DNA of 64,000 bases. It comes from Cyanophora paradoxa CCMP329. Taxonomy: Eukaryota; Plantae; Glaucophyta. The stretch is taken from contig QPMI01000496.1 in the NCBI GenBank assembly GCA_004431415.1, positions 1-64,000 of the forward strand, read 5' to 3'. Below the pieces are notes generated by a model. It was not told where the DNA came from. It did no database searches and saw only the letters and a list, made by a program, of their open reading frames with translations. The position numbers and the translations under genes are program-made. This document shows positions 46,701 to 64,000 of this stretch, piece after piece. The stretch's first letter is position 1, and each line of letters begins with the position of its first letter.

Positions 46701-48056
46701 CACGTCGACTGCATCGACGGCTGGGCGCGCTCGGACTTCTCGGACGGCTGCTGCCCCATCTGCCGCGCCCCGCTCGACGGACCTCCTGTCGCGTCAGCGT
46801 CGCTGGCTGCGCCGTTCTCGCAGTCGGCGTCGAGCTCCTCGGCGCACGCTTCAGCAACAGCCTCGAGCTCACCGGCCTCCTCGATCCCGGCTACCTCGCC
46901 ACCAGCTGCAGCTTCGCCCACCTTCACTTCGAACGCGGCTCCGATTGACCCGTCGCACGATCAGCTCTCCGTAGCCGCAAGCTCGAGCTCGGCGCCGGCT
47001 CCAATCCCGGCGTCCCGCCCCGCGCGGCCTCGCCCCTACCAGCCGCCGACTGGGCCTCGCCGGCCTCATGATCAGCCGCAGCCGCGGCTGCAGGGGCCGC
47101 CTTCAACGCTCTCCACGGATTCGGGGCACAGTCCGGCGCAGGCGCCGGCCACACCCACTGTCGTGCACGTGGATAGATATAGCGACGCAAACCGAGACGC
47201 CCGCGAAATCGCTTCGCTGCGGCGCCGACTGGCGGAGACGCAAGGCCTCCTCGCGGCGGCGGAGCAGAAGGGGGCGGACCTCGCGGCGGCGCTGGAGGAG
47301 CGAGACGCACAGCTCGAGAGGCTCCAGGTGCGTCGAGCGTGAATCGCAGCTCTGAAATTACAACTTCACGTACGCGAGCGCGCAGGGGCAGCGGGATGCG
47401 GAGCTGGCGGCCCACGAGGGGCGCATCAAGGCGAAGGGCAAGGAGCTCGCGGAGCAGGGGGCGCAGCTGGCCTTTTTGCAGGCCCGCGCGCGCCCCGATG
47501 GCCCCGCCCTATCTGCGGCACTAGCTGCGGCTGAGCTCGTCGATTTTAGCTGCCGCTGGACCCGCCCTATCTGCGCCCTATTTAGATCTAGATCTGACGC
47601 TCGAGCTCGTCGCAGGAGCAGCGGGAGTCGGAGCGGCGTGCGGCGGAGGTGGCCAAGGCCGCGCTCGAGGCGCGCATTGGGGGGCTGGAGGAGGAGCTCT
47701 CCGCCGCGGCGGGGCGCGAGGCGGGCCTCCTCGTCCACCTCCGCTGCCTCCAGGCGCGCACGTCGCTTTAGTTAATTTAATTTTGCGCGTCGGTCTCTGA
47801 AGAGCCGTGCTTCGAATTCGCAGGAGCAGCACGAGGTGAACCGGCGGGCCGCGCAGGACCTCTTGGCAAGCCTCCAGGTCGGCCCCGGCAGGCCGGGCCG
47901 GGCCGCATGCGCTCGTCTCTCAGACGCCGCCCGCAGATGCGCGGGGCGGAGAACGCGAGCCTCCGGCAGCAGCTGCACGCACAGCGCGAGTCTGCGGTGC
48001 GCTGGAGGGAGGCGGCCATGGCCCCCCGCTACCGGTACCTCGGGCCGGAAGCCTGA
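43742..48056 (+). CDS. Multi-exon protein with helical/TPR-like N-terminus, CCCH zinc finger, RING-H2 and C-terminal coiled coil (putative E3 ligase)
   Basis: VCRHFTAGFCHFGSHCR|YLHP (CCCH); CAIC...RCG|HEFHVDCIDGW...CPICR (RING-H2); heptad-rich exons at 47200-48056. It could be more than one gene. Confidence 0.7.
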
Positions 48057-48677
48057 TCAAGGGGGCCCCGGGGGAAAACCCCCAACTTGTATTGGATCCG
48101 GAATTCATGACCACAATCAAATGATCATGACGAAGAAAAGCCCGATCATGACGTTTCGCGGCCACGGGCATCTCGTCGCCTTTTTTCGCAAAGACTTGCG
48201 AGCACAGTCGAGCTTGAACGAGGGAGACGTGCGAGCTCAGTCGCCGAGTCGGGCTCACAACTTCCTGGGGAGACTCCTCACCTAGGTCCCCTAGCCGCGG
48301 CCGAGTAGTCCCCGTCATTTCTCAGCAGAATTTCCCTCTTCTGCGCATTTTCCTCTCACATACTAAGTTATAACTAATTACTTATGACGCAAGCGCACAC
48401 ACGTAAAAAAACACGAGAAGTACGCAGCAGCCGAGCCAAAACGCGACGGAGCCCCTCTTGAAACTCCCGACCTCGTACTCAATTGGCACTTTGAGTACGG
48501 ACCAGTAGTAAAACACCGCTGTCACCGCCTGGCGGCGCCTGCCAGTGGGCTGCCAGCTGCAGCCTGCCACGTACGCGTGCACGTGAAGCCGCACTGCGGC
48601 AGCCGCTGAGCGCACGCGCGTGACTGCGAGCTAGTCTGCCACGCCCGGCCGGCCCACGCGTACGGTCCGGTACTATA

Positions 48678-48919
48678 CTGGAGAGCTGGAAATATTTAGT
48701 GGGCTGTTTATTAATTTATAGCACTAATTTATAAATGTTTTTGGGCGATCTACTAAATATTTCCCGTCTGCTAGAGCCGAGAATTTGTAGTCCCATCTCC
48801 ACGATACAAAAGCCCTGCAGCTGAGAAGACTGACCTACTTTAACTTTTATCAGCTGCTAAAGTGGCATTTTTGGCGAAGTACTAATTATTTTCCTGCACT
48901 AAATTAATAAGTCCTCCAG
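48678..48919. mobile_element. Possible Tc1/mariner-type MITE (AT-rich, 242 bp)
   Basis: TA-CTGGAG...CTCCAG-TA, with internal inverted GGAAATATTTAGT / ACTAAATATTTCC and TTATTAATTT / AAATTAATAA. Confidence 0.4.
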
Positions 48920-49228
48920 TACCAGCCTATTACCAGGTACCGGAATTCCCTTCATGATCACTCAGGTTGATCATGACGAGTGTAACCGACACGTGGCGAG
49001 GACTTTGACCGTCAACGTCACCAGCCTGGCAGAGCGCACGCGCACTGGCAGCACTGCGGAAGTCACTGAGTGGCAGTGAGTGCTGCCTCGGATTTGGATT
49101 CCGGACAGCGTGCGCGCGTAGGCGGCGTAGCGCGCGCCGCGCGCTGCGGCGCGAGTCGAGTTTTTCCCATCATGCAGTTTAAGCTGGCCAGTGGCGTGCA
49201 TGCGATGATGGAAAGTGGCAGCTGCAGA

Positions 49229-49329
49229 TAACGGAAGTAACGGAAAGTGGCGGATAATTATAACGGACGTTTCCGGAAAGTAACGGACAGCTTAAGTGGC
49301 GGATAGCGAAAAGTAACGGAAAGTAACCG
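49229..49329. repeat. Cluster of TAACGGA(AAG) motifs ending in AACACACTG; possible DNA-transposon subterminal array
   Basis: About six TAACGGA-like units within 100 bp. The end reads CAGTGTGTTT on the minus strand. Confidence 0.45.
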
Positions 49330-49872
49330 AAACACACTGCATTCTAGCTGCAGGCCCGCTGATCATGATTCATGAGCAGCAGCAGCAGCTGTCGTTGCTG
49401 CAGTTGCGCTAAGCAACCGCGTACATACTAGTGCTGCTGCGCATGTAGCTAGCGCTGCTGCGCATGCTTGTGCAGACGGAGCACTGCGGCGCATCAGCAG
49501 GTGAATTCAAAGTCAACGCAGCGCTTGCGATCGCGAAAGCAGTGATCCTGATTTTGTCGAAGCCGCTGCTTATGAGCACCCGCTCCGGATCGTGAAGTGC
49601 GCGGCGGTCGCGACCATTATTTCAAGACGAAGCCGAGGAAGATTATTCGAATTCTTTTGTCCTGAAAACGTCCGTCGTTCTGGCAAACTGCGCAAGAATC
49701 GAAATATATAATAGCTAATTGTAATCGCTATGCCAGTATGTCCGACGGTCATGATATCGATCATGAGTAATCAGTAAATGGGGGGGTGCGGGGGGGCTTG
49801 CCCCCCTGCTTGTATTTGCTTCGCGCTTTCTTCCGAGTCTCCCTAATCTCTGCGTTTGCATCAACGATATCG

Positions 49873-51547
49873 ATGGCGCTCCCGAAGGTTTTTTTCGGTG
49901 CGGCAGGAGCCTTGAGGTCGCCATACGTGCTCTCACGTCGGTTGTGCGGCAGACATCGCGATCGACGGCGCTCCCGCGGGGCGCATCGGTGCGCAAGCGT
50001 CTCAAGCTTTTCGCGCAGCGCTGATCGACGCTCGGCGGCCGCGGCAGTGATGGAGCTCCGATCGGACGTGGTTGTGAGCCCCGGCCCGCGCCGGCCGCGC
50101 GAAAACCTGATCTTGACTCTCCCGTCCGATCTCCCCACACGTGTACGCAGCCCAAGACTGCCGAAGTGCGCACATGCTTATTTAATTAAACAGCGCCTTA
50201 GCCTTCGCCCGGTTTGATATCGCCGCCGCAGAATTTCCGGGCTCTGTGCACTGGCGAGAAGGGTGAGACCGGCCCGGCTGCTAGACCGAATTTAGCTAAA
50301 GCTTGGAGATTTCCAGTTTGGCGAATTAGATGGCCCGCCTGCCGCCTGGCGCGGCCAGATGCAAGCTAGTGCTTACTCCTGATTCGACGATCGGGCTCAG
50401 GCTTCGGATTCAAGGGCTCGAAATTCCACCGGTGCGATTTGAGCCGGTCGCACCCTGCCGCACTGCGGCAGGCAGGCATTCTCGATATCTCACTGCGAAG
50501 AACGCGAACTCCGAAACAAATTCAGAGTGATTCCAGACGTGCGCTAGCTCGATACTTCTCTCCGATATGTCAATCGATATCACCGAATGCACGCTTCGTG
50601 TATTTAATTTGAATGCTGTATCATGATCAGTTTATGCTTCAAGGCGGCGACTTCACGAAGGGCAACGGTACGCACGCCGACTCCACGCCTGTGCCGCGTC
50701 GCATGCGCAGTGCACGCGAATCTAGAGCTGTTGGATGGGCCGCGGCTGTTTGTACCTGACATGTGCATGTGCGCCTCTACATGTGATCTGCATGGCGGCC
50801 AGGCACGGGAGGCAAGGTATCTCGCAAAATTTGATTGCCGCCTCAGAATGCACTGTTGATCATTTCGTTCTGATTCGTATCGAATTCGCAGTCCATCTAC
50901 GGCGAGAAATTCGCGGATGAGAAGTAAGTCGCGGCGCTTCGCGCTCTCGCCCGTCTCCACTTGAACAGGCTTCAAACCGAAACTGCGAACTCGAAGCTTT
51001 AAGCTCAAGCACAGCGGACCGGGAACGCTGTCGATGGCAAACGCGGGTGCGCTATCGCATAATAGGTCTGGACATTTCCGAGTTCGAGTTCGAACTGAAT
51101 CAAAATCTTGGTTTCGCAGGCCCCAAAACGAACGGGAGCCAGTTCTTCATCTGCACTGTCCCGACCTCGTGGCTCGACGGGAAGGTGCGCATGCGGAATT
51201 CGAAGCTTAAGCTGCAGCTGCGAGCTCGAGTCGCGGTCCGGCCAAGCCTTGAAGGTCGATCTAGATGCCTAGTGCCCAACTATCAATTTCTGATCACCCC
51301 ACATGCGTGGCGCGCAGCACGTGGTGTTCGGGAAGGTGGTGGAGGGGATGGACCTCGTCAAGAAGGTCGAGGCGCTCGGCTCCTCGGTGCGTGCTCCGGG
51401 ATTAAAGCTCACGGGGCCGATCGCCGGCGCGATCATGAGCGAACCTTTGAGAGCTCGATTCGAATTGAAGCTCAACTAATTTGTGTGTATTCGCAGAGCG
51501 GCGCCGTAAAGAAGCCCGTCACCATCGCCGACAGCGGGCAGCTCTAG
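49873..51547 (+). CDS. CYP: Cyclophilin-type peptidyl-prolyl isomerase, ~14 exons
   Basis: Spliced reading MALPKVFF|DIAIDGAPAGRI|VMELRSDVV|PKTAE|NFRALCTGEK|GFGFKGSKFH|RVIPD|FMLQGGDFTKGN|GTGGK|SIYGEKFADE|NFKLKHSGPGTLSMANA|GPKTNGSQFFIC...WLDGK|HVVFGKV...|TIADSGQL. Confidence 0.97.
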
Positions 51548-51689
51548 ATCTAGACCGATCCGCACATCTACGCCTCTTGTAGAGTGCAGCCCCCGAGTCG
51601 CAGGTGTTGACGTAGCCACGGCGCGTACAATAAATAATGTGCACGTGATCTCTTGCGATCAAACCTGTAATGCATGCGCAGCTGAATGC

Positions 51690-52015
51690 CGATCGCTCGA
51701 ATTTCGGGATAGAAACTGCGATTACGCCGCGACGGGATAGAAATCGAAATTGCTCCTGCATTCAGAACGCCGCTTAATCTGTTCACTGAGGCTTCCGAGC
51801 AATGTCGAGATTCATAGAAATTCCTCCTGCGTTTAGAACGCCGCTTAGCTTCCAACCCAGCGTGAGGGGCGTGCAGTGCAGCCACAGCTCTATAGCTAGA
51901 TCTGGGCGTGCAGTGCAGCCACAGCGTGAGGGGCGTGCAGTGCAGCCTATCGCTCGAATTTTGGGATATATAGAAACTGATCGGGTCCTGCATTTAAAAG
52001 GCCGCTTAATCTGTA
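51690..52015. repeat. Mosaic of short imperfect direct repeats between the convergent cyclophilin and nitrate reductase 3' ends
   Basis: ATCGCTCGAATTT..GGATA..GAAACTG x2, TCCTGC..GCCGCTTA x3 and GGGCGTGCAGTGCAGCC x3. Confidence 0.65.
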
Positions 52016-52045
52016 CATTTAAACCTCCAAGCAAGCGCCAGAAGG

Positions 52046-57099
<5,054 letters not shown>

Positions 57100-57225
57100 C
57101 GCTGATCGCTCAAGGCTGCTTGCGCAATTCGCGCGCTACTTCAATCGCTTCTTACGTATGCAGCTGCAGCTAGAGGAAGAAGTGGGGAGAGAGTAAAGCT
57201 AGCTAGAGGAGATCGCGATTTCTAT

Positions 57226-57267
57226 CCGCGAAAATCTACCGCGAAAATCTACCGCGAAAATTGGCGC
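57226..57267. promoter_or_regulatory. Three tandem 13-bp units containing CCGCGAAAA (E2F-like TTTCGCGG) in the divergent promoter
   Basis: TCTACCGCGAAAA x3 followed by TTGGCGC, between the NIA and F-box start codons. Confidence 0.4.
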
Positions 57268-57371
57268 ATGCATGATGAGTGCGGCAATTAATATTGCGAT
57301 TGCAAGCTGCAATATATATCGATCGAGGAGAAATCGAACGCGTACGCTATAGCTAGAAGGCGAGCCGCGAA

Positions 57372-59170
57372 ATGGATGCGCCTTGCCTCCGACTGCCCGA
57401 CGACCTTCTCCTGCGCATCTTCGACCTCGTCCTTGATGCCGAGCGCTCGCCTTTCACCCGCATCTCCGCGGTGAGCGGACGCGCGCCTTATCAAGCCGGG
57501 CGCCGCGACGCGCGCGGCGGCGCGCACCTCATTTTTCGCCACAGGTTTGCCGGCGGTTTCGCGCGCTCCAAGGGGAGCGCCGCAGAGTTCTCACCGTCCC
57601 CGCGGGCGCCATCGTTCCGTTCGCGTCTCTGGCCCATGCCTGCGCGCGGATGCCGAACTTGGAGCGCATTGAGCTCGCCGCCTGGTGCGCGTGCCTGCAT
57701 GCATATTGGATATCTGTATGCTCGCGTTGCCTCTCGAAAAACCACATTGACGTGCGCGCGGGGGGCTCGCGGTCTGGCAGCATCATCGTCAGAGGTGCAA
57801 CATTCGCACCATTTTTAATTATGAATTACGTATACGCTATAGCTACTAGGGCTAGCGCTGTCGATGATAACGATCATGAGCTCATCGATATCCCGTCCGC
57901 GGGGCCTCAGGGAATCCGGCGCAAGCTGCAGGGCCGCCCGCGGGCAGTCGGAAACGCGTTGCACAGTGGCTGTACGAATCTGCTAAGGAGATGCTTTTCG
58001 GCACAGCACTAAAACCGGCAACAACAACAACAGCAGCGACAACAACGACGGCTTCGAAGAGAGAGCCAATTAAGGCGCTGATCGTTAGTGGCTTTACTCT
58101 CCAGCATTTCATGAACACAAACGGACGTTCCGAGCTAAGACCAGAAGCTGAGGCCAGCTTCGCGAGGGATCGCTTGCAAGCGACAAAGCTGTGGATCGAC
58201 GGCTACAAGTACAATGATCCACGGTGGTACCCCAGTGTTCGTGCCCTGCATGATTGAAATCGAAATTAAATCTTGTGTATTGGATTCGTTTTTTGAAGCC
58301 TCGTTCACATCGCGCGCAGCTTCCGACCTTCGTCGCGCTTGCCCCTTTTCCCGTGGTCCTCCACCGGTTAGAAGAGTTGCGGCTGGTGAACACTTTATGA
58401 TGCGTATGGACTTGAATTCGCAATCCGTAGCCTCGCCTGAAATAATGTCGCTCCCAGATTCGGCTCAATGATTTGTCTCTCGATGATTTCCAAGTCTCCT
58501 TTCTGGGGCGTCTCATCCTGCCGCTGTGCGCGTCGCTGCGGGTCCTGGAGGTCTCGGGCGACCACGTCGACGACCGCCTCCTCATCTCCCTCGCGGTCTC
58601 CTTCAGCGACGCTCTGGCGGAGTCCGTCCGCCTCCGGCCCGCTGGGCCGCTTGAGCAGTGCGCTGCACTTTTAAAATATATAAAGAGCTCATTATAAAAT
58701 ATACGCGTTAATTTGCTCGCGCAATCGCAATATTGCTTGCAATATTTAATTCGATGACTGAGATATCGATTTAACTGCTTTAGGCGCCGGGCGTATAGAT
58801 CAATATTGCCGAATCGAGCTAATAAGCTTGCGATTGCGGTGGCTTATATTTAAACAGTAGCATATACTGTACGTATACATGTATTACTAATTGCGCATGC
58901 GGAAACACGATCTTTGCTGCGATTTTAATTTCTAATATATAGTTTGATTCTCAGGGTCATTGTGCGATCGGGGTATTCATCGATGAGACTTGAGTCCGCG
59001 CTCGCTTTGGTTCGGTCGTTCGGCATGCTGCCAGTTCGGAGAGTGCAGCTGCAGCTGCGCACGTCTTACAACGTGCGCGAGGAGTCGAGCCGGGAGCTGG
59101 AGGCCGCGGCCGAGGTCGCCCGCCGCCGCAACCCCGTTGTGCAGTCCATCCACATTTCGGCACTTCCTTA
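57372..59170 (+). CDS. F-box protein with LRR-like segments; multi-exon
   Basis: N-terminal LRLPDDLLLRIFDLV...ISA|VCRRFRAL; later CPNLERIEL and CASLRVLEVSG. The 3' end is approximate. Confidence 0.7.
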
Positions 59171-59542
59171 GATGTTCCTTAGTCGCAGAAGTGCTGTTGA
59201 CATGTATCGCGATCGGCAACTTTGAAGGCGCTTGCAAGTTGTAACCCGTGTAGTTCCTTGCTATGAGGTCCCTTCAATTACTATAGTTCTAGGCGATGTT
59301 GGGTTTCAATTCATTCTCCCAGATTAACTTCATATGTTGATCGAAATGAAATGCATTCGAATTCGAGCTTGGCTTAGGTCTGAGGCTGCGCGCGCTTGGC
59401 TGGAGGATGGAAGATGAATCAAACAATCTTTTTCGCGTCCAAAATTTAAAGCTGCACGCTTGAAAACCTTTAGCAGTTCCCGCTTTTCGATTGAATTTTG
59501 GATTACAGGTGACGATAAAACAGGGGGAGCGTTCGAATTCTA

Positions 59543-62500
59543 TCAGGAACGAGCGGCCGCCGCCTGCAGCTGTTTCCTCGCGAAGTCGGCACAGAAGCGC
59601 CCGAGGACGGCCGCCGACTCCCCGGCCCGCGCCATGCACACCACCTCGTGCACCTGTAACGAACACCGTCTTCCACGTTCGACGTCTTCAAATTCGCAAG
59701 GCGAATTTCGCACCGCCCAGGGGAAGGAGAGGATGACCCGCGGGGGCCTGGCCCTCTCCCCGCGCCTGCGCCACTCAAAGGCCGCCTCCGGAGGGGCGCG
59801 GGCGCTCTCCACGAGGCGCCCGTACGCCACCGTGTACCTGCCAGGCAGATCAATTCGTGGCGGGGCGCTTTTGGCTTTTATTTTAACGACGCAAACAGAA
59901 AAACGAGAAATAGAGGTCGATGGACCGACCAGGCGAAGGCGAGGCGGCGTGCGGCCTCCCCCAGGCGCGCCTCCCGCAAGGGGTCGTCCGGCATCGACGT
60001 CTCCGTCAGCGACGCCGCCTGCGCGCGCGGGCGGGCATCGAAACGCGGAGCGAAGACGTCCCATTCACGTTCAGCGCTGGGACCTGTTCGAAGAAGGAGG
60101 AGCGGGTGCGGTCGAGCAGCGACCGAATCTGCGAGAATCCATTCGGATCTTTCGTCGTTGAAAATAAATCCGGGTGGGATGGAAATGAATTCGAAATCGC
60201 CAACCTCGCCCCGAATACGAATCAGGAGGTCCCTGTCCGACTGCGGGCGAGCCGTGTCGAATCTAAAGACGAGCGCAAGGACGCAAATCCCAAACCCCAA
60301 ATCTCTATTTCGAGGTCAACCACGACCGCGCTCGCCTTGTTGCGCTTCAGGGTGCTGGTGAACTTCAGAATGATGCCCGTCCAGGCCTCCACCTCGCTCC
60401 GAATCCCGTACTTCGCGAGGCGTTGCAAGCAAACTCGAAAGTCAGCTTGAGTTCCCATGCGAATATATTCCGAATCCGAATTTAGCTATGGGACCTGGTT
60501 CATGATGCGCATCAGCTCGTCGGTGTAGGCGGCGAGGCTGTGCTCCACCGCCTGCCGCGTGTCGCTGTCCACGAGCTGCGGCCAGTAGAGCGCCGGGTCG
60601 GGCTGCCACCCCTCGCCCATGTAGTTGCTGCGCGAAGAGTTAATTAAAATTCGGTTCAACGTTGCTGTCGTGGTTGCAGGTTTGTGTACTATACTAGTAC
60701 TCTGCTTACCAATAGGCTTGGCCGCTTTTGATGGGCGCGGGCGGGACGATTTTGGCGATGGATCTGAAGATGATTCCAAGGACCGTCGGCGAATCGTATG
60801 ACGGCTTTCCTTTTTTCATCAAAAAGTCGGGGTACACTTTCGGCCTGACATGTGTCCGCAGTTAAAATTGAAATCTAGATACAATATTCATCAGTGGGAT
60901 ACATTCGATGCGCACCTCAGCGCCAGCAGGGCATCAGGCTTCACGGGGACTCCGGTCTTGCAAAAGTCGACCGCGATGGAGTGCAGTTTCGCCAGCTCGA
61001 TGCAGCACGGATCGCGGGCCTTGCTCGCGCTGAAGCAGCCGTCGGCGAAATGTGCATGCATACACATACTCTAATTCAATTAATATTTCAATCTTTTATT
61101 GCCGCAGCCAAGTGTGGCACGCGGGGCATGTTAAAGTTGAATATACGAGGGTGTACCTCTTGTCTGCAAGTGCGAGATGCGCGATTGCGATGGCTCTGCA
61201 TATTAATAGTGAATATATATGCGGTGAAGTCGACGTCGTTTATCATCTTCAAAATCCATTCGCCCTTGCAATTGAAGCTTTAATTTCACGAACCCGAGGA
61301 GGTCGCTCTGCATGTACTCGACGAAGAACTCGGTGATCTCGCCCAGAGCGACCTCGGACCCCTTTGACTCTGAGCCGGCCGGAAACGAACGAGTTAGGGT
61401 TCTGCATCATTAAGTTATTTATAAGCGCGAGGGGGCTCGAGGCGCCTCTGGGGGCGGGGGCCGTGTAATCCATCGCGTCCTCCTGCTGCGGCGGGAGCAG
61501 GCGGGGGTCGTTGCTGACGAAGTAGAGGTCCCCGTCCAGGTCCGAGCCTGCGAAGCATTTATTTTTTTGATAGGTCATATCTAACTGAAACGCTTTACCG
61601 GAGCACATGTTCGGCAGTGGGCGCCTCCCCCTCTGCGAAAAAGCGATGACGTCCACGAGGTGGCTGTCGAACGATTTGAATTAGACAGGCGAACTAAAAT
61701 CACGTAGAAGGTGAACCCAGCACACCTGAGGCCGGGGCGCGGCGCGACGGCGCGTACGACTCGAACGTCGCCCGGGTGCAGGCATGGGTTCTTGGCGACC
61801 TGGCCATGGGCACATTATAATGAACATTAGAGCTTATACTCAAATCACTTGAGCTTATTTGAGCTATAGATGAACTTTGGCGCCGCTGCCCTTATATAGA
61901 TGAACTTATATAATTACACACGACGACGGGTCCCTGCATGGCGGCGACCGCCGCGGTCTGCGGGTCGCGGAACTGGACGAAGACCTCGCCCTCCTCGAGG
62001 GCGCCCGCCTCGTCCAGGACGCCCATCAGCAGCGCGCCCTTCGGCACGAAGATGCGCGCCTTCGCCTTCAGGTCCTTCAGCTGCGCGCGCGTGCGGATGT
62101 ACATCGATATCTGTGGCCGCGGCCACGGGCACGAAATAGTGTTCGGGCGCGAATCGCTGAATGCGACAGGAATGCGAGCCTGGTTCAGGCGGTAGACGTC
62201 GAGGGCGGCGAGGAGGAGCGGGTCGCGGTGCCGCGTCAGCATCCCGGCTCGCACCATGGCCGCGATCCGCCTGGAAGAAAATCATCATGATCAGGCAAAT
62301 TTGAGACAACTGGCTGAGCAAGAGAATTAGAATCGAGGACGCACCGCCCAATTCCGAATCCATCCGAGTTGCGCGCCAGAACTCTCAATGCGACCTCTTC
62401 CTTTGAAAAGATTTCGTTGAGCTGGCTAACCTGCAGCAGAATGTTGAATCGTGAAATAAATAGCTGTGCGCATGCTTTGCAAGCACGCGTGCCTGATCAT

Positions 62501-64000
62501 CTTTCAATGCCAAGAAAACATCGTCTTTCACACCGAGAGTCGAGAGCAACATGATAAGCTGCAAGAAGACGTCGACAAGGTCCGCACATATTGATTGAAC
62601 GCACGAGTAATTGAATGCACCTGGCGGCACGTGTACGCTGGGTGGAACGTGGCGGTCGAGACGACTTCTGCGACGTTGTGGCTGGAAGCGAATTTCCGCA
62701 TGCTGGGCCGCAGCTCCATGCTGTGGCGGCCCTCGAGCCGCGGGTCGACAGATACCACGCCCTGCGCGGCCCGCCTTATATTGCATTTGCATGATCGGAC
62801 ATCGCAATAGAAGAGAACTCCTGATCCGGATCCACCTCTATCTACCGATATCGATGCACTCGGTGGATATCGATCGCGCGGGCCGGCTCGTACGCATAAA
62901 CGCATGGGAACATAGCGAGCTGCATAACCGGTGGAAAAAGAACCGCGGACCTTGTATCCTGAAAAGCGAATCTGAAAGGCAGAAGGAACGGGCTCCTCAT
63001 CATAGTCGTTCGGGCGGAGCTGCCGAAAAATCTACAACAGCAATATTAATTATAAACTATCGGGTCCGACGGTCGGCGCACAAATACTACTAGGCTAAGT
63101 TCGAGTCGGCACGCATGCCTCTTTTGCAAACGACGGCGATAAGGTGCCCACTCCGTCGGAGAAGCAGTACCCGTTGCGAGAAACATCGCCGATCTCCCTG
63201 AAGGAGCGGGCCGGCAAGGTGCGCGAGCACGGCACTGTCGTTGAGAAGCACTGTCCCATGCGAGCCGCGTGTCTGTGCATGCAATTGTGTGTTAGAAACA
63301 AAACCTGTAAACCTAAATCGTTTTAAAAACTTAAACCATGAGTGTCTTCAAAAGATCTTACTTGGCTATAACTTTCACTGCTGAGAAGTCTCCCATCGCT
63401 TTCCATACAGATTTCACTGTGAGGTTCTTTGAGGGGTCCTCGTGCATGAACCAGCATCCATGCTCCCGCAACTGAGAGGAGCTGAAGCGCATTTAGCCAC
63501 GGTGCAAGTCGTTAAATGTTTATTTAATTTAATTATCGAAAGACGCACCTGAATGCGAGGAATTGAAAGACGCGCCCCGCCAATTGGATACCGCTGGCCA
63601 TCACTCTTGAGATCCGCCCATACACATCGGTCAACGATACGTCTGCGCGCGATTCATGGCCATGGTAGATTTTATTCGCTGAAAACGTGCATGTTCTATA
63701 GCGCGAGCTTGCACTTGTAGAAATGATCATGACGTACACGTTCGCGTTCCGGCCATGGCGCTTGCAAGCAGCTTGTTGCCGCGCTCGTCTCCGAAATGAA
63801 CTCGCAGGAGGCAGTCCTCCGCGTCCTGCTCCTTGAAATACCGCACGACACGATTTCCAACCTGCGCAAACGTCGGAACAGGTAATAAATATTCTGGAAA
63901 GTACTCTCGAAATATTAATATGAAAACCTCTCGCTCGAATCCCAAGACAACCACGCGTAGAGGGGTTACAAGCACCCTGCAAACCTGTACATGGGTTATG
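59543..64000 (-). CDS. RDR: Eukaryotic RNA-dependent RNA polymerase (RDR, DLDGD type); 5' part lies beyond the window
   Basis: ARMGQCFS, YCFSDGVG, LRPSMRKF, LMGVLDE.G.LEEGEVFVQ, KNPCLHPGDVR, catalytic SGSDLDGDLYFV, LHSIAVDFCKTG and LSFPW. Confidence 0.95.

Noticed and set aside
49780-49810. GGGGGG-CTTG-CCCCCC hairpin (and a similar one at 48070-48083) as a rolling-circle transposon end
   Set aside because: No associated HUH ORF, CTRR terminus or second boundary could be identified.
59543-64000. Viral RdRP or a functional link to the retroelement stack
   Set aside because: It is an intron-rich cellular DLDGD-type RDR located 30 kb away; proximity alone gives no evidence of linkage.

Overview
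Eukaryotic, GC-rich and very intron-dense DNA. A photosynthetic protist or alga is inferred from the nitrate reductase and the many short GT-AG/GC-AG introns. It is probably a long-read assembly with single-base deletion errors. Positions 1-30265 are a retroelement stack: (i) a ~20.4 kb Ty3/Gypsy LTR retrotransposon with short, near-identical ~274 bp LTRs, whose size comes from ~10 kb of unrecognised coding sequence between the Gag zinc knuckles and the protease (possibly one ~6,000 aa polyprotein); (ii) a DIRS/PAT-like tyrosine-recombinase retroelement (RT-RNaseH-methyltransferase-like domain plus YR, with a split direct repeat); (iii) a 5.4 kb Gag-only LTR element inserted into (ii), with a 5-bp TSD; (iv) a small MITE-like element. 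Positions ~31-64 kb hold host genes: a divergent P5-type ATPase lacking TGES and PPALP, a FEX fluoride channel, a CCCH/RING-H2/coiled-coil protein, a 14-exon cyclophilin, a nitrate reductase with an apparent deletion/frameshift in the Moco domain, an F-box protein and an RDR-family RNA-dependent RNA polymerase. The best candidate for a novel system is the giant Gypsy element with its large uncharacterised cargo. Boundaries of intron-rich genes are approximate, and domain calls are by-eye motif recognition without database searches.
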